A stretch of 64,000 nt of DNA from an uncultured Pseudomonadota bacterium. GTDB taxonomy: Bacteria; Vulcanimicrobiota; Vulcanimicrobiia; Eremiobacterales; Eremiobacteraceae. The DNA lies in NCBI GenBank assembly GCA_963736005.1, contig CAVTNB010000001.1:1344001-1408000 (forward strand), read 5' to 3'. Shown here piece after piece: positions 30,539-40,938 of this stretch. Under the pieces are notes generated by a model, which searched no databases, was not told the origin of the DNA, and was given only the letters and a program-made list of their open reading frames with translations. How positions within the stretch are numbered: position 1 is the first letter of the stretch; each line of letters starts with the position of its first letter. The translations under genes and the position numbers were made by a program.

Positions 30539-32492
30539 AGGCGTTGTCGATGGCTTCGAGTGACGCGGGGTTTTCCAAAGCGGTTAAGTCGCCTAAATTG
30601 TCGAGCTTGAGGTAGCGCGCTCGCGCTACCCGGCGCAGTAGTTTCGCATTGCGCGTTCGAGGCAGATCGGTCACAAAGAGAATCGCTTTGGGTGCGAGCG
30701 CCTTGCCCATCGCCGCGATGACGGCGTCCATTAACTGGCCGCGCAGCCCGTCACTGCCTTGCCAACCCGGGCGCAAGACCGCGAGGCAGACAACGGCGTC
30801 ACCTTTCATCTTGTCCGGAACGGCGATGGCCGCCGCTTCGCGCACCGACCCATGGCCAACGAGAGCGCTCTCGTACTCGGCGGGGCCAACGCGTTTTCCC
30901 GCAACGTTGATCGTGTCATCCGATCGGCCATGGATGAACCAGAAATTGTCATCAGAGATGCTGGCCCAGTCACCATGCACCCAGACATTCTCGAGCTTCG
31001 ACCAGTACGTCTGCAGATAGCGCTCGTCGTCGTGCCAAAAGCCAAGGGTCATGCCGGGCCACGGTTGCCGGACAACCAGCTCTCCCACTTGCCCGCGCAC
31101 GCTGTTGCCTTGCTCGTCAACGATGTCGGCATCCATGCCAGGCACTGGGCCATGAAAGGCACACGGCACGAGCGGACGGATTGGAAAACACCCAAGAATG
31201 CCGCCGCCGATTTCGGTTCCACCGGAGTAGTTGATAATCGGCAGCTTCCCATTACCCACATTGACGGAGAACCATCGATACGGCTCAGGATTCCAAGTTT
31301 CACCGGTCGATCCCAAGATGCGCAGCGCCGACAAGTCATGTTGGCGTGGCAGCTCGTCGCCGTGCACCATGAGAGAGCGAATGGCCGTCGGGGCGATTCC
31401 TAGATGCGTTACCTTGTGACGTGCGCAGACTTCCCATAGGCGGCCGGTGTGAGGGAAATCAGGCGTGCCGTCGTACAGCACTGCAGCTGCTCCGAGGCCT
31501 AACGCGCCAAGCACCAAAAACGGACCCATCATCCAACCCATGTCGGTGAACCAAAGCATCCGGTCACCTGGCTTGACGTCAAAGCACAAATACTGATCGA
31601 TCATCACCTTGACAGGGAAGCCCGCGTGTCCGTGAACGGCTCCCTTGGGCTTGCCCGTGGAGCCTGATGTGTAGAGCAGGAGGTACGGGTCGTTCGACTC
31701 CGTTGGTTCGGGGGCGAAATAGTGTGGCTGCGACCAGGTCGAGTGGTGCCAATCAACATCGCGATGTTCGTGCCAATCAGTCGGGGAGTCGTTGTGGCGC
31801 AACACGATTGCGTGTTTGATGCTCGGCACCATGTCGCAGGCTGCGTCGGCGATGCTCTTCATATTCACAAATCTGCCCCGCCGAAGCGCGCCGTCCACCG
31901 TGAGCAAGACTTTCGCTTTCGCATCGTCCAACCGCGTCGCGAGGGCCTGAGCGCCATATCCCGAGAAGGCCGGCACGGCAATCGCCCCCATCCGCCCAAT
32001 GGCAAGCAGCGCTATCGCGGTTTCCGGAATCAGCGGCATGAATATGCCGACCGTGTCACCCTGATGAACCCCAAGATCGCTCAACGCCCCGCAGAGCTTG
32101 GAAACCTGCACAAGCAGTTGCTCGAACGTCAGCGTGCGGGTGGCGCCGTTTTCAGATTCCGAAATGATCGCGGGCGCATGGGCCCGACCCTCTTCAATGT
32201 GGCGATCGATGCAGTTATACGATGCGTTGTATTGTCCACCCACAAACCAGCGCGCGAACGGCGCGCCGCGCGACAGATCCAACACCTGGCGATAAGGGGT
32301 CAGCCAGCTCAACTGCAGATGCAAGACGAGCCGATCGTAAAAAGAGGCGATATCAGAGCGCGCGAGCGCCCACAGCTCGTCTAACGTAGCAACGCCAACC
32401 TCGCGCATAAACTGCGTGATGTTGGCGTTTTCTTTTGTCTGGGAGGTCGGCTCCCACGTGAATGCGCCGCCGACGTCGTTGCGGGTCGCCAT
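30534..32492 (-). CDS. AMP-forming acyl/acetyl-CoA synthetase
   Basis: LYTSGSTGKPKG, SGGTEIGG, GRSDD and LPRTRNAKLLRR. Confidence 0.92.
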   Translation of the reverse strand: MATRNDVGGAFTWEPTSQTKENANITQFMREVGVATLDELWALARSDIASFYDRLVLHLQLSWLTPYRQVLDLSRGAPFARWFVGGQYNASYNCIDRHIEEGRAHAPAIISESENGATRTLTFEQLLVQVSKLCGALSDLGVHQGDTVGIFMPLIPETAIALLAIGRMGAIAVPAFSGYGAQALATRLDDAKAKVLLTVDGALRRGRFVNMKSIADAACDMVPSIKHAIVLRHNDSPTDWHEHRDVDWHHSTWSQPHYFAPEPTESNDPYLLLYTSGSTGKPKGAVHGHAGFPVKVMIDQYLCFDVKPGDRMLWFTDMGWMMGPFLVLGALGLGAAAVLYDGTPDFPHTGRLWEVCARHKVTHLGIAPTAIRSLMVHGDELPRQHDLSALRILGSTGETWNPEPYRWFSVNVGNGKLPIINYSGGTEIGGGILGCFPIRPLVPCAFHGPVPGMDADIVDEQGNSVRGQVGELVVRQPWPGMTLGFWHDDERYLQTYWSKLENVWVHGDWASISDDNFWFIHGRSDDTINVAGKRVGPAEYESALVGHGSVREAAAIAVPDKMKGDAVVCLAVLRPGWQGSDGLRGQLMDAVIAAMGKALAPKAILFVTDLPRTRNAKLLRRVARARYLKLDNLGDLTALENPASLEAIDNAL

Positions 32493-32505
32493 GCGCCGCG
32501 CTTAT

Positions 32506-33963
32506 CTACTGAGGCGTGGTTCCCTGCGTCTGGGGTGCGGGGCTGCTCGAGCCTGCGCTCGTCGTGTTCCCAGTGCCAGTGGTCGTCGGCGGCACCGTGC
32601 TATCGTGCACCGTGGCGGCGGCAATTCGGTCTGCGATATACGACATTGCTCGCTGCAGCTGGGTGTCGGTCTCAGGTCTGCCAAAATCCGCGGGTTTCAC
32701 ATCGTCGACTGCAATGTCCGGCGTGATGCCAATTGAATTGATATCGCGGCCGTTTGGCGTGAGATAACGCGCTGTGGTGATCTTAATGGCGCTGCCATCC
32801 GGCAGCGGATAGATAGTCTGCACGACCCCTTTGCCAAAGGTTCGCGTTCCGATGAGCACGCCGGCGCCTGAGTCTTGAATCGCGCCCGACGTAATCTCGG
32901 AAGCACTGGCTGTATATTCATTGACGAGCACCGCAAGCGGAAGTTGGGGAGCTGCGATGTTCTCCGCATCGTAGGTGGTCAAGGGTTTCGTGCGCGCATC
33001 GATGGAGACGATCGGCCCCTCCGGGATGAAGAGCGAAGACACATCGATGGCTGCGTTGAGGTACCCACCACCGTTGTTGCGCAGATCCAAGATCACGCCT
33101 TTGACGCCTTGTTTGTCGAGCTTCTCAATTGCGCTGGCGAGCTCTTGACCGGTGGTGAGACCGAAGACGAGCACTTGAACGTAGCCGATGTCGTTATCGA
33201 TAACTCGCTCGCGCACGCTGGGCGCATGGATGGTTTCGCGAGTGATCATGAAGATCAGCGGCTTGGCTTCGTCCTTGCGCTGCACGGTCAGCTGCACCGT
33301 CGTGCCTGCTTTGCCGCGAATGAGCGAACTGTCTTGTTCGATGGAGAGGCCTGCGGTCGACTTGGCGTCGACATTGAGGATGACGTCGCCCGCCTGCAAA
33401 CCGGCCTTGTCCGCCGGGCCGCCGTCGATCGTTTGCACGACGAGGAGCGACTTCGAGATTGGATCAACATCGAGCACGATTCCGACACCAGCGAAGTTCC
33501 CGCCATCTAAACCTTCATTGAGGCTGCGAAAATCCTTCGGTGACATGAAGACGGTCCATCGATCGTGGAGCGAGTCCATCATGCCGGCGATAGCGGCGTA
33601 GGCAAGATTGCGGTCGCCCAGGGTCGAGCCGAACTTTTGGTCGGCAAGGGTGAGGGTGTTGTTCAGCACGGCAATGTCTGACTCGTCGCTGCCCGAACCG
33701 TGCACGGCCGGGATTTTATTGGGATCGCCACCGTGGCTCTTGATGTAGTCGCGCAAGCCAGTGATGGCCCCGCTGAGGAGCGTCTGATCGGTAGTCGACT
33801 TGTAAAACTCAGAAATTGCTTGCTCGAAGGAGTAGTCCAGCATGGACCGCCCGACTTCATCGGACGACGCACGCGAAGGACTCGCGAACACACCGAAGGT
33901 CAGGCTGAATGCGAACGCCGCCGCGACGAGCCTTGCGGCGATTCTTGAAAGGGGTTGGGTCAT
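32506..33963 (-). CDS. S41 C-terminal processing peptidase (CtpA-like), copy 2
   Basis: Signal peptide, PDZ, DLRNNGGG, TASASEI and TFGKG. Confidence 0.93.
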   Translation of the reverse strand: MTQPLSRIAARLVAAAFAFSLTFGVFASPSRASSDEVGRSMLDYSFEQAISEFYKSTTDQTLLSGAITGLRDYIKSHGGDPNKIPAVHGSGSDESDIAVLNNTLTLADQKFGSTLGDRNLAYAAIAGMMDSLHDRWTVFMSPKDFRSLNEGLDGGNFAGVGIVLDVDPISKSLLVVQTIDGGPADKAGLQAGDVILNVDAKSTAGLSIEQDSSLIRGKAGTTVQLTVQRKDEAKPLIFMITRETIHAPSVRERVIDNDIGYVQVLVFGLTTGQELASAIEKLDKQGVKGVILDLRNNGGGYLNAAIDVSSLFIPEGPIVSIDARTKPLTTYDAENIAAPQLPLAVLVNEYTASASEITSGAIQDSGAGVLIGTRTFGKGVVQTIYPLPDGSAIKITTARYLTPNGRDINSIGITPDIAVDDVKPADFGRPETDTQLQRAMSYIADRIAAATVHDSTVPPTTTGTGNTTSAGSSSPAPQTQGTTPQ

Positions 33964-33994
33964 GCTGTTCCTCTCTTTATGGGGTGATTCTTCA

Positions 33995-35482
33995 TTAGAC
34001 GCTGGGATTCGTGAGGGCAATCTGGCGCTTCAGGTAGCGCAGGGCGGCTTGGAGCTGGATATCTTTGCCAGTGATGCCGACGTCTCTGTAGTCCATCGGC
34101 ACTACGATGTTAGGCTCGATGCCCTTTTTATTGATGTCGCGACCGTTCGGCGTCACGTACCTTTGGGTCGTGACTTTGATTGCGCTGCCCCCCGGCAAGT
34201 CATAGATCGTCTGCACGACCCCCTTGCCAAAGGTCTTCACGCCCACCAGAATCCCGATCTTTGAATCCTGGATCGCGCCGGCCGTGATCTCCGAAGCGCT
34301 GGCCGAGTATTGATTCACGAGAATGACCAACGGGTGGGGTGGTATAGCATCTTGGTTAGCGTCATCTGTTTCCACGTGCCCATCGCGGTCGATTCGCGAG
34401 ACAATCGGTCCATCGGCGATAAACTTCGATGAGATGTCCACCGCGGCGTCAAGCAGTCCTCCGCCATTGTCGCGCAGATCTAAGACGAAGGCTTTGGCGC
34501 CTTGCTTCAGTAGCCGATCGAGCGCGTCGGTCACTTCTTGCGCGGAGTGTTCCCCGAAATCGTAGAGTTGAATGTATCCAACGTTGCCGTCGATCATGTG
34601 CGACGTCATGGAGGGCACTTCGATCACTTCGCGCTCGATCGCGTAGTCCTGAACGTCATTCTTGCCGCGGAGAATCGTCATGTGCACCGTTGATCCTGCT
34701 TTCCCGCGGATCAGGTTCATCACGAGATCGAGATCGACGCCTTTTGTTGTTTTGCCGTCGACGGATAAGATGACGTCGCCCCGCTTCAACCCTGCGCGAG
34801 CAGCGGGGGTGCCATCAATGGGCTGAATAACGTTGACCTCATGCGTCTTTGGATCTTTGCCGATGTACACGCCAATGCCACCGAAATCGCCCCCCGCAAT
34901 GAATTCTGAGAGCGACGTCTTGTCGCGCGGGCTCAAGAACACAGTGTACGGATCGCGCAGCGAATCGAGCGCGCCTTCGATCGCAATGTAGGTCAAATCT
35001 TGGGAGCCGGCCTGCTTGCCATAGTTATGCAACGCCGTGGAGAGCAGTGTGTTGGCGTCCGCATCAACTTGCGCCCCCGATGCCGAGGCAGTAATTGCGG
35101 GTAGGCTCAAGACTCCATTGATGTGCTTCGTCTTGAGGAACTCGAGCAAACCATTTCGCTCGCCACTTAAGAGCTGCGATTCGTCGATTGGCTTGTAGTA
35201 CACGTCGCGGACCTTATCCAGCGACATGTCGAGCATGTCGAGGTCTTTTTGCTCGTCATTTCCAGCGCCCTCGCTGCCGTCAAAGGCGATGTTGCCCAGA
35301 TCCCACGCCAAAACGGCGCGGCGTTCACCCAGCCGCTCGCGCAGCGGCGCTGCGTGCTGGAGGGCGAGGGTGGCCACGATCAGTGCAGCCGCAAGGGTGA
35401 AAAGGAGGAGAGCTTTACGAACCACGGGCGGGACAGTTCCTTTCAATTTACTACTTTTTTCTTCGGCGGCTGGGGGCATCAT
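33995..35482 (-). CDS. S41 C-terminal processing peptidase (CtpA-like), copy 1
   Basis: N-terminal TM, PDZ, DLRDNGGG, SASASEI and TFGKG. Confidence 0.93.
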   Translation of the reverse strand: MMPPAAEEKSSKLKGTVPPVVRKALLLFTLAAALIVATLALQHAAPLRERLGERRAVLAWDLGNIAFDGSEGAGNDEQKDLDMLDMSLDKVRDVYYKPIDESQLLSGERNGLLEFLKTKHINGVLSLPAITASASGAQVDADANTLLSTALHNYGKQAGSQDLTYIAIEGALDSLRDPYTVFLSPRDKTSLSEFIAGGDFGGIGVYIGKDPKTHEVNVIQPIDGTPAARAGLKRGDVILSVDGKTTKGVDLDLVMNLIRGKAGSTVHMTILRGKNDVQDYAIEREVIEVPSMTSHMIDGNVGYIQLYDFGEHSAQEVTDALDRLLKQGAKAFVLDLRDNGGGLLDAAVDISSKFIADGPIVSRIDRDGHVETDDANQDAIPPHPLVILVNQYSASASEITAGAIQDSKIGILVGVKTFGKGVVQTIYDLPGGSAIKVTTQRYVTPNGRDINKKGIEPNIVVPMDYRDVGITGKDIQLQAALRYLKRQIALTNPSV

Positions 35483-35528
35483 GCCCGCAATCCGCCACCC
35501 CTATCATAACGAATCGGCAGGCCGCTTG

Positions 35529-36815
35529 TTACAAGCGAGTGAGGGGATTCACCGGTACGCCGTTCACCCGAATTTCAAAGTGTAGATGTGGCCCCGTGGC
35601 GTAGCCCGTGGCCCCGACGGCACCTATGACCTGGCCTCGCTGAATATGCTGATTGACCGATACGTACATTGCCGAACAGTGAGCGTAAAGCGTCGATAGT
35701 CCCGATCCGTGGTCTAGAATAATGGCATTGCCGTATCCGCCGTACCAACTCGCATACAGGACAACTCCGTCGGCAGCTGCTTGAATCGGCGTGCCATAAT
35801 CGGCACCGATATCGATGCCCGAATGGAGCGCATAGCGCCCGGTAATTGGATCCACCCGCATGCCGAAGGGCGAGGTAATTGGTCCGCGCACCGGCCACGC
35901 AAAGACGACCGGACCGAATTCCGTACACACAGGCGGGGCCAGACCCGCCGCCATCGCTGCCATCCGGCGTGCTTGGCAGGCTTCGTATCGTGCGCGCAGC
36001 GTGACTGCCTCGTCCTCACGCTGTTTCTCTCGTATCAGGGCCTGTAGGCGCGCCTCCTCAGCGGCGCTCAAACCCTCAAGCTCGTACACCTGTTGGGCAA
36101 TGATCGAGCGCTGAGTTGACGCGATAGCAAGCAAGGAGCGTCGCTGGTCGGCGAGCAGCCCGAGCTCCTGCTTGCGTGCAAGTTCGTCTTCTTGCTCTCG
36201 CACCAATGCGGCTTGCGTGCTCTCCAAACCAAGGACGAGCGTTTCGTAACGCGCTTGCTCGGAGTTCACCGTCGAGATGAGCTGCGAATCGGATCGCAAA
36301 ATGGCGCGGACGAAATCCCAGCGTTCGATAAAGTCCACGAATGAGGTAGCGCTCAAAAGCACGTCGAGGTACGACGAGGCGCTCCCGTATTCGTACACGT
36401 CAACGACACGATGATTGAGCGCATCGCGATGGCGGTCGAGGCTGGCTTGCGCGGCCGCAAGTTGGCGCTTGCGAATAGCCAAGCGCAGCTGCGTCTGTGC
36501 AATGGCGCTGTCAAGCGCATCCAAATCGCCGCGTACCCGACTGATGCTATATTGCACGGATTCAAGTTGTTGCGAGATCGTCTGTTCTTTGAAGCGCGCG
36601 ACGTGGAGTTTGAGGCGGCTCTCGTGCAGCTTGCGCTGCGTTGCCTCGAGCAGCTCTTTCTTTTCGCGAATCTTTTCGCTGATTGGCAGAGGTGTTGCGG
36701 CCAGCGCGACGGGCGCCAGCGCGCTAACAAATGGCTGGGCCAGAAAAAGAACGATCGCGAGAACCACAAAATGTAGTCGCGCGAATTTATTCGCGCGCGC
36801 GCCTCGGATACTCAA
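35529..36815 (-). CDS. Coiled-coil M23 peptidase (EnvC-like FtsEX partner)
   Basis: Signal peptide, long coiled coil, HSGID, GYGN and ATGPHLHFEIR; TTG start overlaps the ftsX TGA. Confidence 0.92.
   Translation of the reverse strand: MSIRGARANKFARLHFVVLAIVLFLAQPFVSALAPVALAATPLPISEKIREKKELLEATQRKLHESRLKLHVARFKEQTISQQLESVQYSISRVRGDLDALDSAIAQTQLRLAIRKRQLAAAQASLDRHRDALNHRVVDVYEYGSASSYLDVLLSATSFVDFIERWDFVRAILRSDSQLISTVNSEQARYETLVLGLESTQAALVREQEDELARKQELGLLADQRRSLLAIASTQRSIIAQQVYELEGLSAAEEARLQALIREKQREDEAVTLRARYEACQARRMAAMAAGLAPPVCTEFGPVVFAWPVRGPITSPFGMRVDPITGRYALHSGIDIGADYGTPIQAAADGVVLYASWYGGYGNAIILDHGSGLSTLYAHCSAMYVSVNQHIQRGQVIGAVGATGYATGPHLHFEIRVNGVPVNPLTRL
36772..36797 (+). repeat. REP family B inside the M23 peptidase 5' coding region
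   Basis: TGTAGTCGCGCGAATTTATTCGCGCG, identical to the intergenic copy at 39644. Confidence 0.88.
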
Positions 36816-37699
36816 GCGGTCTTCAGATATCTTCCGATGGAGAGCATACTTGACAGCATCCCAACGAGGACACCGACCAAAACCAGTTCGAGCGCGAGGT
36901 GCGGCAACGGCACGCTTGCGGGATTGAACGGAATAAACGGCAGATTGAGGATGAATTTGGGAGCCAGCGAGCGGTAGCCCGCATCCAGGATCAGCAATCC
37001 GATGGTTGCCCCGAAGAGCCCCGAGAGGATGCCCTCGAACACGAACGGCCAGCGCACAGCCCAGCCGGTTGCGCCGACCAGTTGCATGATGCCAATCTCG
37101 CGCTGCCGCGCGAAAACCGTCAGGCGAATCGTGTTGTACATGATGAGCGCCGTCGCCAAGAGCAGCAGCGCCACGACCCCGAGCCCTGCCGCACTAAAGA
37201 GCGCCTCGGCTCGGAGCAGCTTTTGGGTCACGCCGCTCCCATAGTTGATGTTGGCCACCCCGGGTTTGTGGCTCATTTCCCCGGCAAGTGGGGGAACGTC
37301 CGCCGGCGCGTACGTGTGGACGACAATGGTGTTTGGCAGCGGATTGGTATTGAGAATCCCAAAATTGAATTGACCGCGCAGCGACTGTCGTAGATTGATA
37401 ATGGCTCGCTTCTTGCTCACGTAGCGAACGGTGTCCACGCGCGGGTCTGCTTGCAGCGACCGTAGCAGCGCATCGACGTCCGGACCCTTCGCGTCATCTC
37501 GAAGATAAATCGCGATTGCCACCTGACCGACGATGTTCTTCATCACGATGTCGAAGGACGTCCGAAGAAACAAGAAAACGCCAAGCAGGATGATGGAGAT
37601 AGCGATCGTGCCGATGGCGGTGAGCGCCATCGTGATGTTCCGCGTGAAGTTTTGGGCCACTTCAGCCCAAAAAAAACGAACCTTACCCCAGTCCAACAT
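36812..37699 (-). CDS. ftsX: Cell division permease FtsX
   Basis: NPLP, NTIRLTVFARQREIGIMQLVGAT and PFVFEG; four TMs. Confidence 0.95.
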   Translation of the reverse strand: MLDWGKVRFFWAEVAQNFTRNITMALTAIGTIAISIILLGVFLFLRTSFDIVMKNIVGQVAIAIYLRDDAKGPDVDALLRSLQADPRVDTVRYVSKKRAIINLRQSLRGQFNFGILNTNPLPNTIVVHTYAPADVPPLAGEMSHKPGVANINYGSGVTQKLLRAEALFSAAGLGVVALLLLATALIMYNTIRLTVFARQREIGIMQLVGATGWAVRWPFVFEGILSGLFGATIGLLILDAGYRSLAPKFILNLPFIPFNPASVPLPHLALELVLVGVLVGMLSSMLSIGRYLKTA

Positions 37700-38372
37700 G
37701 ATAACGTCCACGCTCTTCATCGCGCGCGATGCGGCCATTGACCAAGCGCACGACCCGGCGCCGCATGCGGTCGACGATGGCTTGATTGTGGGTGGCGACG
37801 ATCGTCGTCGTACCCTTGGCGTTGATGCGTGAGAGAAGCGCCATGATTTCGCTCGAGGTTTCGGGGTCGAGGTTTCCGGTGGGTTCGTCGCACAAAAGGA
37901 TGAGTGGATTGTTGACGAGCGAGCGCGCGATGGCTGCGCGCTGTTGCTCTCCGCCGGACAGCTCTTGGGGAAACATCTTGGCTTTGTGCGCGATGCCGAC
38001 GAGCTCCAGCATGCGAGGGACGCGCCGCAGCACTTCGCGAGAGCTCGCACCCGTCACTTGTAGAGCGTAGGCGACGTTCTCCCACACCGTCTTTTGATAG
38101 AGCAGTTTGAAATCTTGAAAGACGACGCCCACCTTGCGCCGCAAGAACGGTATGTCTGCGGGCCGCAGCGTCGTGAGATTCTGACCATCGACCTCGACCG
38201 TCCCTTCGGTGGGCCGCACGTCACGGATGATGCACGAAAGCAGGCTCGACTTGCCCTGCCCCGTGCTGCCCACCAGGAACATGAACTCGCCGCGGGCGAC
38301 CGTGAGCGAAACCTCGGTCAGCGCGTGAACGCCGTTGGGGTAGACGAGGCTGACGTCTCGAAAAACAATCAT
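37683..38372 (-). CDS. ftsE: Cell division ATP-binding protein FtsE
   Basis: GSTGQGKSS, VFQDFKLL, LSGGEQQR and DEPTGNLDP. Confidence 0.96.
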   Translation of the reverse strand: MIVFRDVSLVYPNGVHALTEVSLTVARGEFMFLVGSTGQGKSSLLSCIIRDVRPTEGTVEVDGQNLTTLRPADIPFLRRKVGVVFQDFKLLYQKTVWENVAYALQVTGASSREVLRRVPRMLELVGIAHKAKMFPQELSGGEQQRAAIARSLVNNPLILLCDEPTGNLDPETSSEIMALLSRINAKGTTTIVATHNQAIVDRMRRRVVRLVNGRIARDEERGRYHVGLG

Positions 38373-38491
38373 GCCGCGCCTTGTATGCCCACAGCGTGAG
38401 AAATGGCCATCTGAAAGGATTTATTCGCCGCCTGGCGACGCGGCCCTCGCGGAGTGGGGAACCAGCGCTTGGAATGGCAAAAGGGTCGGCT

Positions 38492-39643
38492 ATGGACTTC
38501 GACCTCTCGACCGAACAGCAAGACGTCGCGAACTTATGTCGCGAATTCGCGGAAGGCGAAATCGCGCCGCACGCCCGTGAATGGGATGCAAAAGCGGAAT
38601 TCCCGCTTGCAACGCGTGCGCAAGATGGGCGAACTCGGACTTTTGGGCTTGCCCTTTCCTGAGAAATATGGCGGAGCTGGATCGCCGATACCGTTTCGTA
38701 CGCATTGGCCGTCATGGAAATCGGAAAAGCAGACGCGTCGGTGGGCATCACGATGGCAGCGCATGTGTCGCTTGGATCACAGCCCTTCTTTGCTTTTGGC
38801 ACTGAGGCGCAAAAACAAAAATTTTTGGTACCGCTGGCACGAGGTGAACGCTTGTGGGCATTTGGGCTCACTGAGGCGCAGGCCGGTTCCGATGCGGGTG
38901 CGACGCAGACGACGGCTCAAGCGCACGATGGGCGCTGGACGATCAACGGATCAAAATGTTTCATTACCAATGCAGGCACGCAGATGACCGGAGGCGTGAC
39001 GATCACCGCCGTCACGGGGCGCGGCAACGGCCGCTCGGAAATCAGCAACATCATCGTCCCCCAAGAGACTCCAGGCTACACGCAAGCACCTCCGTATAAG
39101 AAGATGGGTTGGCGCGCATCGGACACGCGCGAACTTCACTTCGACAATGCGCAGGTGCCGCAAGAAAATCTTTTAGGCGAGCGCGGACGGGGTCTCAAAC
39201 AGTTTCTTGAGATTCTCGACGGCGGCCGAATCAGCGTCGGTGCTCTTTCTGTCGGTCTCGCGCAAGCCTGCTATAGCGCTGCTGCGACGTACGCGAAGGA
39301 GCGCCATCAATTCGGCCAGCCTATTGCGCACTTCCAGGCCGTGCAGTTTCAACTCGTCGATATGGCTGTGGAAATTGAGCTCGCGCGCTCTGCCGTGCTC
39401 AAGGCTGCCTGGCTCAAAGACCAAGGACGCGATTTCGCCACCGCGGCGGCGATGGCAAAACTTTTTTCGGGCGAGGTCTCTCGGCGCTGCGCCAATGCCG
39501 CGGTGCAGATTCACGGCGGCTACGGGTTCATGGACGAGTATCCCGTGTCGCGCTACTGGCGCGACTGCAAGATCAACGAGATCGGCGAGGGCACGAACGA
39601 AGTGCAGCGCATGGTGATCGCCCGCCAACTTGGTCTTTCGTGA
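38492..39643 (+). CDS. Acyl-CoA dehydrogenase with two frameshifts (~38614, ~38681)
   Basis: MDFDLSTEQQ...FPLAT / VRKMGELGLLGLPFPEKYGGAG / ADTVSYALAVMEIG lie in three frames; LTEAQAGSD, QIHGGYGF and IGEGT follow. Confidence 0.88.
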
Positions 39644-39669
39644 TGTAGTCGCGCGAATTTATTCGCGCG
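39644..39669 (+). repeat. REP family B between convergent genes
   Basis: TGTAGTCGCGCGAATTTATTCGCGCG directly after the TGA stop. Confidence 0.88.
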
Positions 39670-39673
39670 TTCG

Positions 39674-40750
39674 CTAATGCGTCGTGTCGACCGCGATTCC
39701 GAACCCGGAGAGACCCACGCTTGAATCGCCGATCTCCCGATGATTCAGAATCGACGTCACGGGACCGTTGGCAACCTCCGGCCCGGGGATCACATGGATG
39801 ATCGAGCCATCGTAGACGAAGAGCAGATCGCGGATCGAATCGTAGGCCATTCCTGATGGGCCACTCGAAAAGCCGTTGATAACCTGGCCGTGAGCGTTGG
39901 GACCGCTCGCGGTACTGGCGTTGTGGACAACGTCGATTTGTCCGACAATGTTGCCTCCCACCCTGCGGTTCTCGGCCACGAATAATTTGTCGTTCGCGGC
40001 GCTGTACGCGAGGCCTTGGGGGAAGAACAGGGCGCTCACCTCGCGGCTTGCCGGTATGGTGGGGTTCGTCGCGGAGGTGACAGCCGTTTGCGCCGCCGCA
40101 CCGAAATTGTCGAACGAAGCAACGACTTGACCGAGATCGCTGACAAACAGTCGGTCGTTCACCGAGTCATAGATCATCTCAGCTGCACGTGGCGCGACGA
40201 GGCTCGAATCGGTGATGGTCAACGTGATGTTCGCCGCAGGCACCGAACTGCTCGTCATCGAGTGCGCATTCGCGTACACCTGGATCGTTGGACCATTAAC
40301 GTTGGCAACGTACAGCAGGTCGTGGTTGACATCGTACGTGGCCGTCCCTTGACCGTTCATGTAGGGCACGAGGGAATTCGGATTCATGCCGCCCTCCGCC
40401 CCCGGGTTGTTCCAAACCCGTACCGGGGTGGAGAAATTCCCGCCGCCTTGCTGGGAGGGATAGGCGCTGGGATACCACAGCACGTTATAGAGAGGCGAGA
40501 AGACGACATCCGGGTTGCTGATGTCGCTCGTTGGCAAAACCACCGCAGCCGCAATAAAGCCGTTGGCGGTAGAGACGTGCGTGTACACGCGTACCTGCTG
40601 CACGGTTTGAACGTAAAGCGTGTCCGGACCGGTGCCAGTTGGGGTCGGTGTGGGAGATGCGGATGGGCTTGCGGTGTTATGGCAACCATAGCCACCTGAG
40701 GCGACAATGATGCACGCCAGAGTAAAGCAGATTCCCAGTTTGGGATTCAT
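39674..40750 (-). CDS. Putative lipoprotein with beta-propeller-like repeats
   Basis: Signal ending GYGC, PT linker, and repeated YD...DLLYV / DRLFV / DKLFV / DLLFV blades. Confidence 0.75.
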   Translation of the reverse strand: MNPKLGICFTLACIIVASGGYGCHNTASPSASPTPTPTGTGPDTLYVQTVQQVRVYTHVSTANGFIAAAVVLPTSDISNPDVVFSPLYNVLWYPSAYPSQQGGGNFSTPVRVWNNPGAEGGMNPNSLVPYMNGQGTATYDVNHDLLYVANVNGPTIQVYANAHSMTSSSVPAANITLTITDSSLVAPRAAEMIYDSVNDRLFVSDLGQVVASFDNFGAAAQTAVTSATNPTIPASREVSALFFPQGLAYSAANDKLFVAENRRVGGNIVGQIDVVHNASTASGPNAHGQVINGFSSGPSGMAYDSIRDLLFVYDGSIIHVIPGPEVANGPVTSILNHREIGDSSVGLSGFGIAVDTTH

Positions 40751-40878
40751 CAGGGTTTGGGTTCTCCTCGATTAGGGGGAGGGCGCGCTTGCGGAAGCGG
40801 CAGCCGCTACTATTATAAGAGAGAACTAGGCCCGCCTCTTCGCTGGTTTAACCGTGCGCCCTCCCCTCATTGCCAACG

Positions 40879-40914
40879 AAAAAGTCGAAGGCTGCCGGTT
40901 TCCCAGCAGCCTTC
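40879..40914 (-). terminator. Probable intrinsic terminator after the TonB-dependent receptor
   Basis: GAAGGCTGC/GCAGCCTTC stem followed by GACTTTTT on the - strand. Confidence 0.6.
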
Positions 40915-40938
40915 TCCCTTCGAGTGTTCAGTTCGAGC

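Noticed and set aside
36812..38050. Long N-terminal extensions in the ORF track (ftsX, sucC, acyl-CoA dehydrogenases, mnmA)
   Set aside because: Longest-ORF artefacts overlapping neighbouring genes or REPs; homology and RBS support later starts
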